Shown piece after piece: positions 30,001-41,110 of a DNA stretch of 63,997 nucleotides. The translations under genes were made by a program, and so were the position numbers. Every line of letters starts with the position of its first letter. Position 1 is the stretch's first letter. Below the pieces are notes generated by a model, which saw nothing but the letters and a program-made list of their open reading frames with translations, searched no databases and had not been told where the DNA came from. The DNA is from Paraspadella gotoi (Eukaryota > Animalia > Chaetognatha): NCBI GenBank assembly GCA_051294375.1, contig CM119266.1, positions 26,773,932 through 26,837,928 of the forward strand. Direction: 5' to 3'.

Positions 30001-30053
30001 ATCTCTCTCTCTCTCTTTATCTCTCGTCTCTCTCTCTCTTCTTCTCTCTCTCT

Positions 30054-30089
<36 letters not shown>

Positions 30090-31539
30090 TCCTCTTTTCC
30101 CGAACATTTTCGGCCCGCTCTCTCCTCATGGGGCCACTCTTTTGTGCTTTTAGTATCTTCATTCCATTTTTATTACGCCCCTTTTTTTTCTTTCTGTTTT
30201 TCCTTCCTTTTTTTTCTCCTCCCTTTCATTTTCGTTTTTTTTTCCTTCACTTCATTTTTCCTCCATTTTTCTCGTCTCTCCTTTCCCAGCAGGGATTCCA
30301 CCGCGTAGGTGCCACCTCCAGAGCCCCCTTCTCCCTCGATCCTAAATACTCCTATTCTTCGCCACCCTCCCTTAACTCCCGAAATTCCCATCGGCGCTTC
30401 CCCTACGAACCCCGGAAAATTTCCGGCGGAAGGGTGGGCGTTCCGGCACGACTTTGGCAGCGTTTCCCGCGCGTGAGTGGGCGTGTCTGCATCTTTCACC
30501 CTTTTTGGTCGTCAAGGGGGACTTTAAAAACACTCCCCCAATTCACAACCTTCGTAGATGAATCAGATGATCTAGTATTCACCACCCTGAGACTCGTAGT
30601 GCGCCTTGCGGTGTCGATTCCGCCCGACTCAACCAGTTACCTACAAGAACTACGCTGCGGCCTCGGGGTCCAATTTTCTCCTCCCGCTGATTCATCACCC
30701 CAGTCACCCCCCTCCCCCCTACCACGCCCCACCACCCCATCCGCGCTCCGCCTCGGGGGTCCAATCGGCCAAAGCAATATTGACTTTGTCATTTTCGGTT
30801 TCCGGCGAAGAAGGAAAAAGAAAAGAGAGAGACATAGAGAGTGGGAGAGAGAGAGAGAGAGAGAGAGAGATGGATATAGTTTGTTTTATAGCATAATTTA
30901 AAAAAAACTCCTTATCTTAATTCATCTTTTAAAACGCAAATGAAAAAGCGGCTTTTGCAAAAGACAAGAACCTCAGGGATAAAAAATGAGTTTTACGAAA
31001 AACACGGAGAAAAAAAAACTGAATGTGGGAGAAAAGGAAAGAAAAATGAAGATTCAATGGATGAAGACTCAGACTGAAAAAGTGAGGGAGAAAAAAAGTT
31101 TGTACGATTTAAAATTGAAGAAGATTATTATAAATTAGCCAAAAAATATCCGCATGAAACTGTGAAATGAAGATAAATGATAATGAGAGTTTTGTCAGAA
31201 GAAGGAAGAGGGAAACACAACCTGAGGTTATCGTTTTTATAAACCTGTTTGCAAACTGACATGCAATAGTTCCTTGTTACTTCTGATCCGGTTTTTTTTT
31301 TTTGGGGGGGGGGGAATAAAAAAAAACAAAATTGTCTCGATCGGATTAAAAATGCTGGGATCATTTGTCAAAAACCTTCTCAAAAATATGATACGTTCCG
31401 TGGTTGACGGACTTTTCCTTGATTCGATAAGAAAGAACTTTTTTTGTATATCAACAGTCAAGCAACGTACAGATTCAGATTACGATTAGGTCTCAACTAT
31501 GGTGGGTCGGAAATGAACCTTAGTCCATAAGAAGATGGA

Positions 31540-31572
<33 letters not shown>

Positions 31573-31591
31573 GAGAGAGGAGAAGAGAGAG

Positions 31592-31637
<46 letters not shown>

Positions 31638-31725
31638 AAGAGCTCTAAAGTATCGAATGACGCTAAATGAAAATAACTCGTGTTTTTGTTAGCTCGAAAA
31701 AAGGGTCGAAGTGAGAGAGAGGAGA

Positions 31726-31810
<85 letters not shown>

Positions 31811-33589
31811 GGAAGCGACACGCAAAGACGTCTTTTTGCATCAACCGAAGGCGGGGACGACGAACTGCGACGGAAGAAGAATCGATACAAGAAAGAAACT
31901 ACGGGGAAAACGAGCTTATGTCGTCGTACACGAATCATGGGGAACGTTGCAGTAATCGCAGTTATCGCTGTATTTGCAGATATCGCTTTAATCGCAGTTA
32001 TCGCTGTATTTGCAGCCGACCTCACCTTAATTGCAACCGTAGCAATTTTAACTCGCCGTTACTGATATTGATAATAATCTCTCGAGGCACAAAAAAAAAA
32101 GCAAAGCCAAAGGAGTCCTATAATGTTTGGGGCATTCAATTTGAACGAACGGCCGAAAGGTTACCCAACAAGAACACGTAGTCTATGTACTTGCAGCTGT
32201 CTATGTACTTACACCACGCACACGCAGCATCCAAACACAGCACGTACACGCAGTTTGCACACTTGCACACATGCACAGCGTCGCCCGTCGAGTTTGGAGG
32301 AAAGAATCGATTCCGGATTCTCTCAGGTGACGTCGATTCTTCCGCGGGAAAAATTGAATCTCGTGTCCGGTCATCCGGTTCGTCGTCGTCGTCGTTGTTG
32401 TTGTTTCCGGCAACAAAAATGGGAAAGTCCCGAGTTCGAGGCTCGACGATTCTAATCGAAATGCTTGACGGAATTTTTACTTTCATTGAATTTTTTTTTA
32501 TCCAAACTAGCACATATCCGATTAAATGAAGCCAGCACTTTGGTCAAAGTTTGCACATATTAGCAATATTGGCAATATTGGCAATATTATTGCGCTTCAA
32601 CCAAGCGGTTCGATACGAAACTAATCTGTCATCTGAGAAATACGTACTAAGCCAGAACTGATTTACAAAAAAAGCCTCTTAATATATAGATGTGTAACTT
32701 TGAACGAACTGACAAATACTATTTCTCCATTCTCCCCAGCCATCCAAAAATGTCACGACGTTGAAAGAACACACGTAGCTAAGAGCGATGGCCATAGAAT
32801 AGCGATACTCGCTGTTGCCATAGAAACGAGAGGGGGAAAATGTCAACGGCTTCGGGCAAAAGCGGATTATTTCGTTTTGTTTACCGGAATTTTTTTTTTT
32901 TCTCCGCATCCTTTTTTTTTCGCAACTGCCTCTATGGTATTAATTAGGCTTTCCTGAGGCATTAACGACATTAACTAGACCCAACGTGAAACAATGGAAC
33001 GAACAAGACCGATAAAATAAATATCAAATTTGGCGTTTTTATAGTGAGCAAACCTGATTTAATATCGGCTTTATTTTTAAAATTCATAACCGTGTAAAGA
33101 TAATTAAGCGAAGCTTTTTTTAAAGCCCGCAGTGATTCAATTAAAGGCTAATAAAAATACCTCAGGCCCCCCAAGCATAATATATTTAAAAACGTAGTGA
33201 GAATAAGTCTTTGCGATATATAACAGAAACAACAGCGTGGCCCAAAGAAAACGTAACGCTTCATTTAACACGTACGCAACAGCATACTTCCAAAGTTAAA
33301 AAATAATAAACAAAAATAGCCCCCGGAAAAACAATATCATAATATATGCAATGTAGACGAGAGAGCAAACAATACGGTCGAATATTTTTCGTGTGGCTCG
33401 TAAACGGCGTTTGAGACGAAACGTCAGCTGTGTACGTCAAATCTGAGTTCACAGCTGTCATCAACGCCACTCCCACAACCGTCGAATTTTCCCGTCACAT
33501 CAAACAGGTCTTCAGATCGGACTTCTTTTACTCTTCTTTCTTCCTTCCTTCCCTTCAACTGTTTCCGATTAAATCAAATTCTCAGCCTT

Positions 33590-33806
33590 TAAATCCTCTC
33601 CTCCTCATTTCAAAATCTCCTTTTCCTCCTCCTCCTCCTCCTCCTCTTCCTCATCTCCAGATCTCCTTTTCCTTCTCCTCTCCTCCTCATCTCCAAATCT
33701 CCTTTACCACCTCCTCCTCCTCCTCCTCTTCATCATCATCATCTCCAAATCTCCTTTTCCTCCTCCTCTTCCTCCTCCTCCTGATCTCCTTTACCACCTC
33801 CTCCTC
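33590..33806. repeat. Degenerate ctcctcctcatctcc(a)aatctccttt minisatellite just downstream of the tetraspan stop codon (putative 3' UTR)
   Basis: The motif atctccttt recurs about 5 times, separated by (CCT)n. Confidence 0.75.
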
Positions 33807-35654
33807 TAAATCAATTTCTCCTCCTCCTCCTTGGCGGCAACCGGCACTTTGTCCAGCAGCAGCAGCAGAGCGCCGAGGAAGACGAGGATGACGACGCCCC
33901 AGCCGAGACCGTAGACGCCGCCGATGCCGAAGGACGTCCGCAGCGCCACCTCCTTGTACACGAACTAGGGTTGGGAGTGAAGGAATTATGGGGAGAGAAA
34001 AGAATTGTTGTTGTAAAGAATTGTGGACGTAAAGAATTGTGCTGAGAAGGGATTGTGGGTGTAGGAAATTGCGGGTGTATCAAATTGTGGGTGTATACAC
34101 GATAAACTGTATAGTATACAGTGTATATACACACCATATACACACTATATACACTATACAGTGTGGAGAGGTAATGTTAAGGGGTCATTTGAGGGAATTA
34201 TGGAATATGGATGTTGGGGTTCAATGTTCAATCGCCGCCAAATTACTTTAAGCGACCTCACCTTGTTTCACTAATACATCACCTTGATACACACCTACCA
34301 CGGTGACCACGATCACATCTTATCACACCACAAACACATCAACAACGACCTCATCTTATCATAACCTAAACCACAAAGATCACGATCTCACCATGTCTCA
34401 CCCCACAGCCGCAGCGAACACGACTCTCACCAGGCCTTACCTTGACCACGAAGAAGATGAGGACGAATATGAAGAGGAGGTCGGCGACGAGATAGAGATA
34501 CATCCCGGCGCGGAAGAGGGATTGGCGGACGAGGGGGGCGCAGGAGAGGCAGAGTCCGAGGAAGACGATCACCAGGGCGATGAAGAGAATCACCTAATTG
34601 GGAAGAGTATGTGGGGGAATGAAAAGGTTTTAGGGATTAAAACTCTAAAAAAGAAGGAGGAGATATATACGTTCGTTTTGACCCCCCTTCAATTCCATCC
34701 ACCTGCTATTCCTCTTTACTAAAGACTTTAGCTACTCTTTTATCTCTTTCTCTTACTTTCCCAATTTCGTGTTCCGCTTTTTTCTCGGATTGATTCGTTA
34801 ATTCATTTAAACTTCGGTATCCAGTTCTTTTAATTAAACGCAAACCATATTCCACTGTTTCCGCCTAAACGCCTCACCTCGCCGACGGTGACCAGAAGAC
34901 CACATAGACCCAACCACGAGGGCAGCTTTGAATTGTACTCGAATTCGATCTTGGGCTCTGATCTTCGTTCCACGTTCGGAGAACAAGTCCACTCGCCGCC
35001 CGCCATAACGCAACCCTCCATCAGACCCCACGAAGCCTGAGAATATGGTTTTGTATTTGGTAGTTATATAACTTTATTTTCATTTTGCTTCTTTATTACA
35101 ATTTAAAATTAGTGAGATATTTGAATGTGTCGTGTGGTTAACATGGACTACAAGATTGAATAAAAGTTTTTCCACCTCACTAAAAGTAAAACATTTTCTA
35201 ATACATTTACAATGACTGCTTGAACCTAAACTACAAAATTACTTACTACAAATTTCGTCAAAAACAAACAAAAATACGAAAAACGATGAACAACAACCAA
35301 CTAGCAACCAACTAACAACCAACTAACAACCAACTAACAACAAACTAACCGCCTCACCTTCGTCACGACATCCGTGGATCCTTTCACACTGACTACGCCG
35401 AAGCCGCTGTCCCCCAGCATGAGCCAATCCGGAGACCCCAGCGCCATCAACATAAAGATGAACCCGATGAGGCCGAGAAAAAAGGCCATGCAGGGACGCG
35501 GCGGCCAGCAGCAGCAGGGACAGCAGTACTTACAACAAGTGCAGTACTTGCAGCACGCGCAGACTCCCTGGCAGCACGGGCTCAAGGAGCACGAACATTT
35601 CCAGCAGCAGCACTTTTCGAAGCACCCCTCGCTGGTGCAACCGTCCATACACAT
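33806..35654 (-). CDS. PMP22/EMP/claudin-superfamily tetraspan protein, TMEM47/VAB-9/PERP-like, 255 aa. Exons 35654-35358, 35036-34878, 34593-34441, 33964-33806
   Basis: Four in-frame exons (297, 159, 153, 159 nt) with phase-0 GT-AG introns (donors GTGAGG, GTGAGG, GTAAGG) and strong C/G-ending codon bias. The protein has TM1 ending LMALGSPDW, a claudin-like loop-1 signature SWGLMEGC...WTC, TM2 and TM3, and TM4 VYGLGWGVVILVFLGALLLLLDK, which resembles the YG(L/V)(A/G)WG...LLLxDK end of TMEM47/VAB-9 proteins. It ends KEEEEKLI*. Confidence 0.9.
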
Positions 35655-36683
35655 GATGGACAGTCAGAGGGTTTTTTTTAATTTGTTTGTTCGCTTAATC
35701 TATATTTTATATTTCGTAGTTAACTTTTTATCTAAAATAAAAAAGTCACTGCCATATTTGTTTGATAAATCTGACGTTTTAAAGTTGTGAAGTGATTACC
35801 GTGCCAGAAAGCATTTGATTGTCTCCAGTGTGACTCACAAAATACATTTCAGAAGTTGTAAAATTAATACATTTTTAAAAAATTGTCTCCTCGCTTCGAC
35901 AAAAATCAAATAGTTACCCCGAGAAGGGAGAAATATTTTGTGTTTTCAACTGGAATTTTCTTTTATTCTATATTTTTTTCCCTTTGTTTTGTACAATTCG
36001 ATTTCTTTAATTTCGTTTAATTGGTTTCGAGAGATTTCAACTCCTCTGCCCAACTGCTCCCACAAGAAGTGACGAACCCAGAAAAAAAAATTTAAAAAAA
36101 CCCTCGTGATTTTTGAGAAAGAAAAAAAGATTTGGAATTAGAAAATAGAAAAAGAGAGAGAAAAATTGGATTCGGAAAATCAAAATGTTATTATTTGTTG
36201 TTCGAGGGGAAAAAATCAGTTCTTAATCCGAAAGAGGACGATGAACCTCAGTTGTTGTTATTGCTCTTTGACAGTGTGTCGTCGTCGTCGTCTTTGTAAT
36301 TGTATTTTTTCTGTCGTTTTCTGCGTCATTCTCGACGGCGTCGTTGTCGTCGTTGTCGTTATCGTTTTTTCTTGTCGTTCTCGAAACTCGTCGACTGAAA
36401 TTTAACGTCGAATCAGGAAAAACAGGTTTTTTTTTATTCTTCTCATTTCAGGCGAAGCAAAAAAATATTTTTTTCGAGGATAAAAAAAAGAAAAAGTAAT
36501 CGTATGAAAGTCTAGACTCTTTTAAAGGTTAGAGAGAAAAAAGAGGAGAAAAAAGGTGTAGAAATAAGAAGGTGAAAATTCACAGTAAGAGAGTTGATTC
36601 GTCATTAATGCGAAGGCGAAAGAAACTGAAAGATTTTTTTAAAATTGACTCATCGTTTATGATCCGCTGATTTCGATTTTTTT

Positions 36684-36733
<50 letters not shown>

Positions 36734-37327
36734 CATAGAAGGTTCTCTATTGTTCAAGAGACCTTAACGAAAATTAAATTTAATTAAAAAAAAGGAAAGG
36801 CCGTTAAGTTTAAAAAGAGAAAGTCGGTTTGACCCCAAAATAAAGATCCAGGGATAAAAACTGCTATCATTTTTTTAATTCATTGCAATTTTATCTTCAC
36901 GACTTTTGAACATCAAACCACTTTTCAAAAGTCACAATCAAGTTAGGCTATTCGACTACAATATTTTGTTTGTTTAGTTTGTTTTATTTTGCTTAAGTTT
37001 CGCTTAGATATTTTTTTTAAAAATTATAAAACTACATTAAGTATCTTGTACACCCACATGAAGGTGGCAAATCTAAAAAAATTCTTTATTTATTTTTTTA
37101 ACAAACGCTGTACTGATGAGTAATTTGCGTGTTATATTTTTACTGAATTTTTTTTTAAAATTTGGTTCATTTGTTCGAGAAATTACAACTAAGTTTGAGC
37201 CGAAAAAAGTTGTGTGATGTTCGAAAAGAAAAGATTTTAAAACTGCGATATTTAATAGAAAAATAGTAGGGACTAGGGAGGAACATTATATTTATAATAT
37301 GGGACTAAATCCACCAACCGTTCATCT

Positions 37328-37398
37328 GCGGCCATTGGTGCCGGAGGCAAGTCATTCGCCTCCAACTCAAAGTCCGGGGTTCTACCCCGGTGGCCGCT
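37328..37398 (+). pseudogene. tRNA-like sequence (tRNA pseudogene or SINE head, possibly Gly-derived)
   Basis: 71 nt. Perfect 7-bp acceptor-like stem GCGGCCA/TGGCCGC, T-arm-like CCGGGG-TTCTA-CCCCGG, A-box-like TGGTGCCGGAGG, and CCTCCAA at the anticodon-loop position. D and anticodon stems do not pair properly. Confidence 0.55.
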
Positions 37399-37734
37399 CT
37401 ATATTTTTCGATTTTGCGTTTTTCCATTGAGTCGTACTCCTGTGCCGATGTAAATTCTCTTTCTTTCGGCGTTTTCAGTGACGTCGTCGTCGTCATCTGA
37501 GGCATCGTCGTCGATATTGACGCTGCTGTAGCTGGCGCCGCTGCTGCTGCTGAAGGGAAACTGTCGCCGTTAGTGATGCTATCGCTGCTGCTGGGGCTGC
37601 TGAGGCTGCTGACGAGGCCGTCGATTTCGTCGCTGTCATCATTATCGACGTCGTCGACGATCTGTGTTTGATGACGTTATTGACGGTTTCGTTGGCACCG
37701 AATTTGACGTTGAGTTTGGCCGCAAGAGGAGTTG

Positions 37735-38308
37735 GCCACAACGTTCGCCTTACTTTTTAAATAATGCACGTCTGTCGTAAACTCAGCGATCACTGAGAGC
37801 TGATACAACGTACGAACGGTCTGAGACTCTGCTTTCTTTCGATCTATCTTCAACCCAGTGCCTGAATTGGCGGACAGCTTTGAAGGCGCCGAAAAGTTCT
37901 TTATCGAACGGAGGCCATAAGCGTTGGTTTTTGGCGAGCTTGACCAAGAAAAAGGCCAGAGGCTTCCATCCTTTTGGGCCTCTTTGCTCCAGCACTGCTC
38001 CAACGGCCAAATCTGAGGCATCCGTTGTGATGCAAAGTTTTGCTCCAGTTCTAGGATGATGAAGTAATGCCGCTTGGATCAATCCTTCTTTATGGCCTGA
38101 AACGCTTGTTCACAGTCGTTTGTCCAGTCCAGGTTTTTTGGCTTGCCACTGAGGGCCTTGTACAAGGGAGCGCATCTGTGGGATGAAAACGCCTGTAGTA
38201 ATTTAATTATCCCCAGAAATCTCTGCAGTTCCTTTATCGTCGTGGGTCGAGCAGTTTCCTGTAGCATTTGAACGCGTTCTGGAAGCGGCCTCACTCCGTT
38301 CTTATCGC
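37735..38308 (-). pseudogene. pol: Gypsy pol fragment: RT thumb/connection and RNase H, copy A, frameshifted
   Basis: GVRPLPERV...PTTIKELQRFLGIINYYR...LDWTNDCEQAF...LHHP...TTDASDLAVGAVLEQ...WKPLAFF...FDKELF...NVVANS. The usual TDHKPL segment is absent. Confidence 0.93.
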
Positions 38309-39007
38309 CCGCTCCTTCTCTTTCTTCTCCTCCTCCTCCCTCACTGACCCAGCCCCAAGTCCCCCACCCTGTCCCCACCCACCATCCCCCTTTACGTTTT
38401 TTGCTCCCTCCTTCCTCTTCACTGCAGCTTCCACGCGAGACGGGTCCGAACGAAGAAGAAAAGAGCAAAGAGAACAACAACAACAATGAAAAAGATGGAA
38501 TGAGCCAACAATGACAAACAAGCCGACAACATGGATGCCCAATAGTAATCGAAGAAGCCTACTCAGTCGTCCTCAAAGAGATGCTGAAGAGACAAAAGAA
38601 GTTCAACGACAACATATCATTGAATAATAAAACCCCCTGTCGACCTAATCGACAGTTGGAGCTTCTTCTCCGGCATCCTCGGTCTTCCTCCGTCTCCGTG
38701 CTCCAACTGTCAATTGTACACTTATTATATAAAGTATTTTATGTATTTTGGTATTTTTTGAATTTTTGTAATTTTGGTATTTTTCATTTGAAAACGTTTT
38801 TGCATGTTTAAACCGGTACAGAGACCTGGTTGTGAATATTATTGTATTTTAGTAGCATTACTATATTATTTATCACATTCTGTTCAATCACTCAAGATAG
38901 ACGACAACAATTATTTTGTTCTAATATTTAAGACCATATATTATAACAGGGGGCATGGAGCCGCTCGAGTGAATCAAATCTATTACAGAAATAATTCCTC
39001 CACTTAT

Positions 39008-39074
39008 GGGATTCGAACCATCGAACTCAAGCTCTGGACGACCTGAGTTACAACTCAAGCCATCCAGACGGCCC
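39008..39074 (-). ncRNA. Diverged sister copy of the putative Pol III cassette (duplicate at 42909-42976)
   Basis: The minus strand reads GGGCCGTCTGGATGGCTTGAGT-TGTA-ACTCAGGTCGTCCAGAGCTTGAGTTCGATGGTTCGAATCCC: A-box-like TGGCTTGAGTTG, consensus B-box GGTTCGAATCC and a 16-bp hairpin with 3 G-U pairs. Confidence 0.55.
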
Positions 39075-39227
39075 TGATTCCTCAGAGAATCTAAACCTAT
39101 TTAAAACGAAGTTGGCCCAAATGGCGCCAAGACATCTTTTGGTGAACAGAGCAACTGTTTAAGAAAAACAAAAGATTTCTAAATCGAGATTTAAAGCTTT
39201 AAATGAAAACAAAATCGCTGAGAAATC

Positions 39228-39294
39228 GGGGCCGTCTGAGTGGCCAGAGCTGTAGCTCGAGTCACTCAGAACTTGAGTTTGACGGTTCAAATCC
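39228..39294 (+). ncRNA. Putative Pol III-type structured small RNA cassette, antisense within a Gypsy LTR start (duplicate at 43132-43199)
   Basis: A-box-like TGGCCAGAGCTG at 39241 and B-box GGTTCAAATCC at 39284. Hairpin TCTGAGTGGCCAGAGC-TGTA-GCTCGAGTCACTCAGA, with covariation against the sister copy at 39008-39074. Confidence 0.55.
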
Positions 39295-40099
39295 AACCAT
39301 GGATGAATTATTTCTATAAAAGATCTGATTCGCTCAAGTTGCCGCATGCCCCCCTGTTGTAATATATGGTTAAATATATTAAAACAAAAATGTTGTCGTC
39401 CATCTTGTGTGACTGAAAGTATGTTGATAATAAATATATCAAAATATATAGTAATATATACAATATATACAACCGGTTTAAAATGTGCAATGAAAAATAA
39501 AATTTCACAAAATCTAAAATTGAAAAATTGAAAAATTTCCAAAATAACAACAACAAAAATTTACAAAATACAAAAACACTATGGGTAACGATGTAATATT
39601 GACAGTCGGAGCGAGGAGACGGGAGAAGACCGAGGATGCTGGGACGAAGATGCTCCGACTGTCGATTAGGTCGACAGGGGGTTTTATTTTTGTTTTCTTC
39701 GTCATTCTGTATTTTTGACGTCGAAGCATCTCCTTGAGCACGACAGAGTAAGTGGGTCGATTAGTGATTGGCATCCTGCTAGAAAAGTTTCTTTTGATCG
39801 TTTGTTCGTTTTTTCCTTTTTCATTGTTGTTGTTGTTGTGATTCTCTCTTCTCGCTTCTGGGGATTGACTCGTCTCGCGTGGAGGCTGAGGAGAGAGGGA
39901 GGAGGAAAAAACGTAAAGGGGAGGAGGGTGGGTCGGGGGGAAGGTGGGGTGGTGAGAGGGGGAGGAGGAGGAGGAGGAGGAACCGGTTCGGGCGACGCTG
40001 CGCGTTGAATATTTGAACGAGTTGTCGAGTTGTTTCTGCCGGCGTCCTCGTTCGTAGGCCGGCTGGCGGCCTGCTGGGCGTTGCTGAGGATGTCCCTGA

Positions 40100-41110
40100 T
40101 CAACCTCAAACGTCTCGTCGAAAACCCACGCTGGTTTGACGCGGGTGATGTTTAGCGTTTCACGGCCTTTACTTGGGATTTTGATGGTGACGTTAAGGCC
40201 GTTGCGATTCACTACACGGTAAGGTCCTTCATATGGTGCTGTAAGTGGAGTGAACGTCTGCTCGCCTGACGAAAACGTGTTGAGCAGTGTCGAGATTGGT
40301 CGGGAGATGGATAACGGGTTTTTGATGATTAAGATTCAAAAGTTGACGCCGTCACTGTTGTTGTAAGGCTGCGTTGTCGAGTTGAAAGTCGTCGACGATG
40401 CATCCGGGGACGCTAATGCCTTCCCCGATGACCATGTCCGCTGCTGACACCCCGATGTCTTCTTTTATCGTTGTTCTTATCGCCGAGAAGAGTCATCGGC
40501 AATTTCCAAAACCATTTGATCTTTCCTTCGCTAAGGTGATGAGCGATTCTTTGAGTCGCCTGTGAAAGCTGATGCTTTATGATGCTTTATCCCCCATTGT
40601 TTCATCAGTTGTCTCCACAAAGCTGAGTTGAATTGTGTTCCCCTGTCTGTAGTGATTACAGAGCGGGTACCGAATACACTTATCCACTCGAGGCTCAAAG
40701 CGTCTAAGATCTGTTGAAGTGAGGGTGTTTGGAATTGGGATGGCCCGCGGCCATCTCGAGAAACGATCTACGATTGTAAGAAGATGGGCATATCCATTGG
40801 AGCTGGCATTTTTACTAAATCTAAATTTAGATGCTGAAATCTCCGTTGCGGAATTTTAAATTGGCCTATTTCGGTACTACGGCACGTTACTTTTGCCCTC
40901 TGGCAATCTAGACAGTCCCTGGCCCACTTTTAAACATCTTGACGCATGTTATTCCAAACAAATTTTGCGGAGACGGCTTTTCTTGTCGCGTCCACGCCTG
41001 GGTGCCCTAATCCATGTATAACGACGAATAATTTTCTTCGCCATGACGCCGGTACGAATGGACGGGCAGGTCCGTTTGAAATATCGACAAGGAGGTCATG
41101 TTCGCGCGAC
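40100..41110 (-). pseudogene. pol: Gypsy integrase (HHCC finger, DDE core, GPY/F module), frameshifted
   Basis: IHGLGHPGVDATRKAVSAKFVWNNMRQDVKKWARDCLDCQRAK, FQHLNLDLV, LLTIVDRFSRWP, ITTDRGTQFNS and PLTAPYEGPYRVV...RVKPA read on the minus strand. Confidence 0.95.

Larger units (their letters stand above)
38320..39985. repeat. Large imperfect inverted repeat: 3' ends (ORF tail, 3' UTR, PPT, start of LTR) of two diverged Gypsy elements joined tail-to-tail; repeated at ~42215-43915
   Basis: 38320-39090 aligns to the reverse complement of 39215-39985, with shared blocks such as aataaaaccccctgtcgacctaatcgacagt and gcatcctcggtcttc. Each arm has a purine tract aacaggggg(g)ca followed by TG: plus-strand TG at 38956 and minus-strand TG starting at 39346. 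Confidence 0.85.

Noticed and set aside
30128-30901. 257-aa ORF with a hydrophobic Phe-rich start
   Set aside because: Kept open by pyrimidine-rich low-complexity sequence; no recognisable domain or consistent splice signals.
35374-35790. Plus-strand Gln-rich ORF (138 aa) and acidic ORF at 34303-34722
   Set aside because: Antisense shadows of the Cys-rich and hydrophobic exons of the minus-strand tetraspan gene.
37113-37135. Other CTGATGA motifs (37113, ~13880, ~57199) as hammerheads
   Set aside because: No stem II followed by GAAA and a cleavage triplet.
37328-37398. Functional tRNA-Gly gene
   Set aside because: Anticodon and D stems do not pair and the T-loop is shortened; kept only as tRNA-like.
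39111-39131. TGGCGCC(C)AA as a Gypsy primer-binding site
   Set aside because: Not preceded by an LTR-terminal CA and not followed by gag; it sits in a short palindromic motif between the truncated LTR arms.
38320-39985. DIRS-like or foldback element with native inverted terminal repeats
   Set aside because: The associated enzyme is a DDE integrase, not a tyrosine recombinase, and each arm has its own PPT and TG start, which fits two Gypsy 3' ends.
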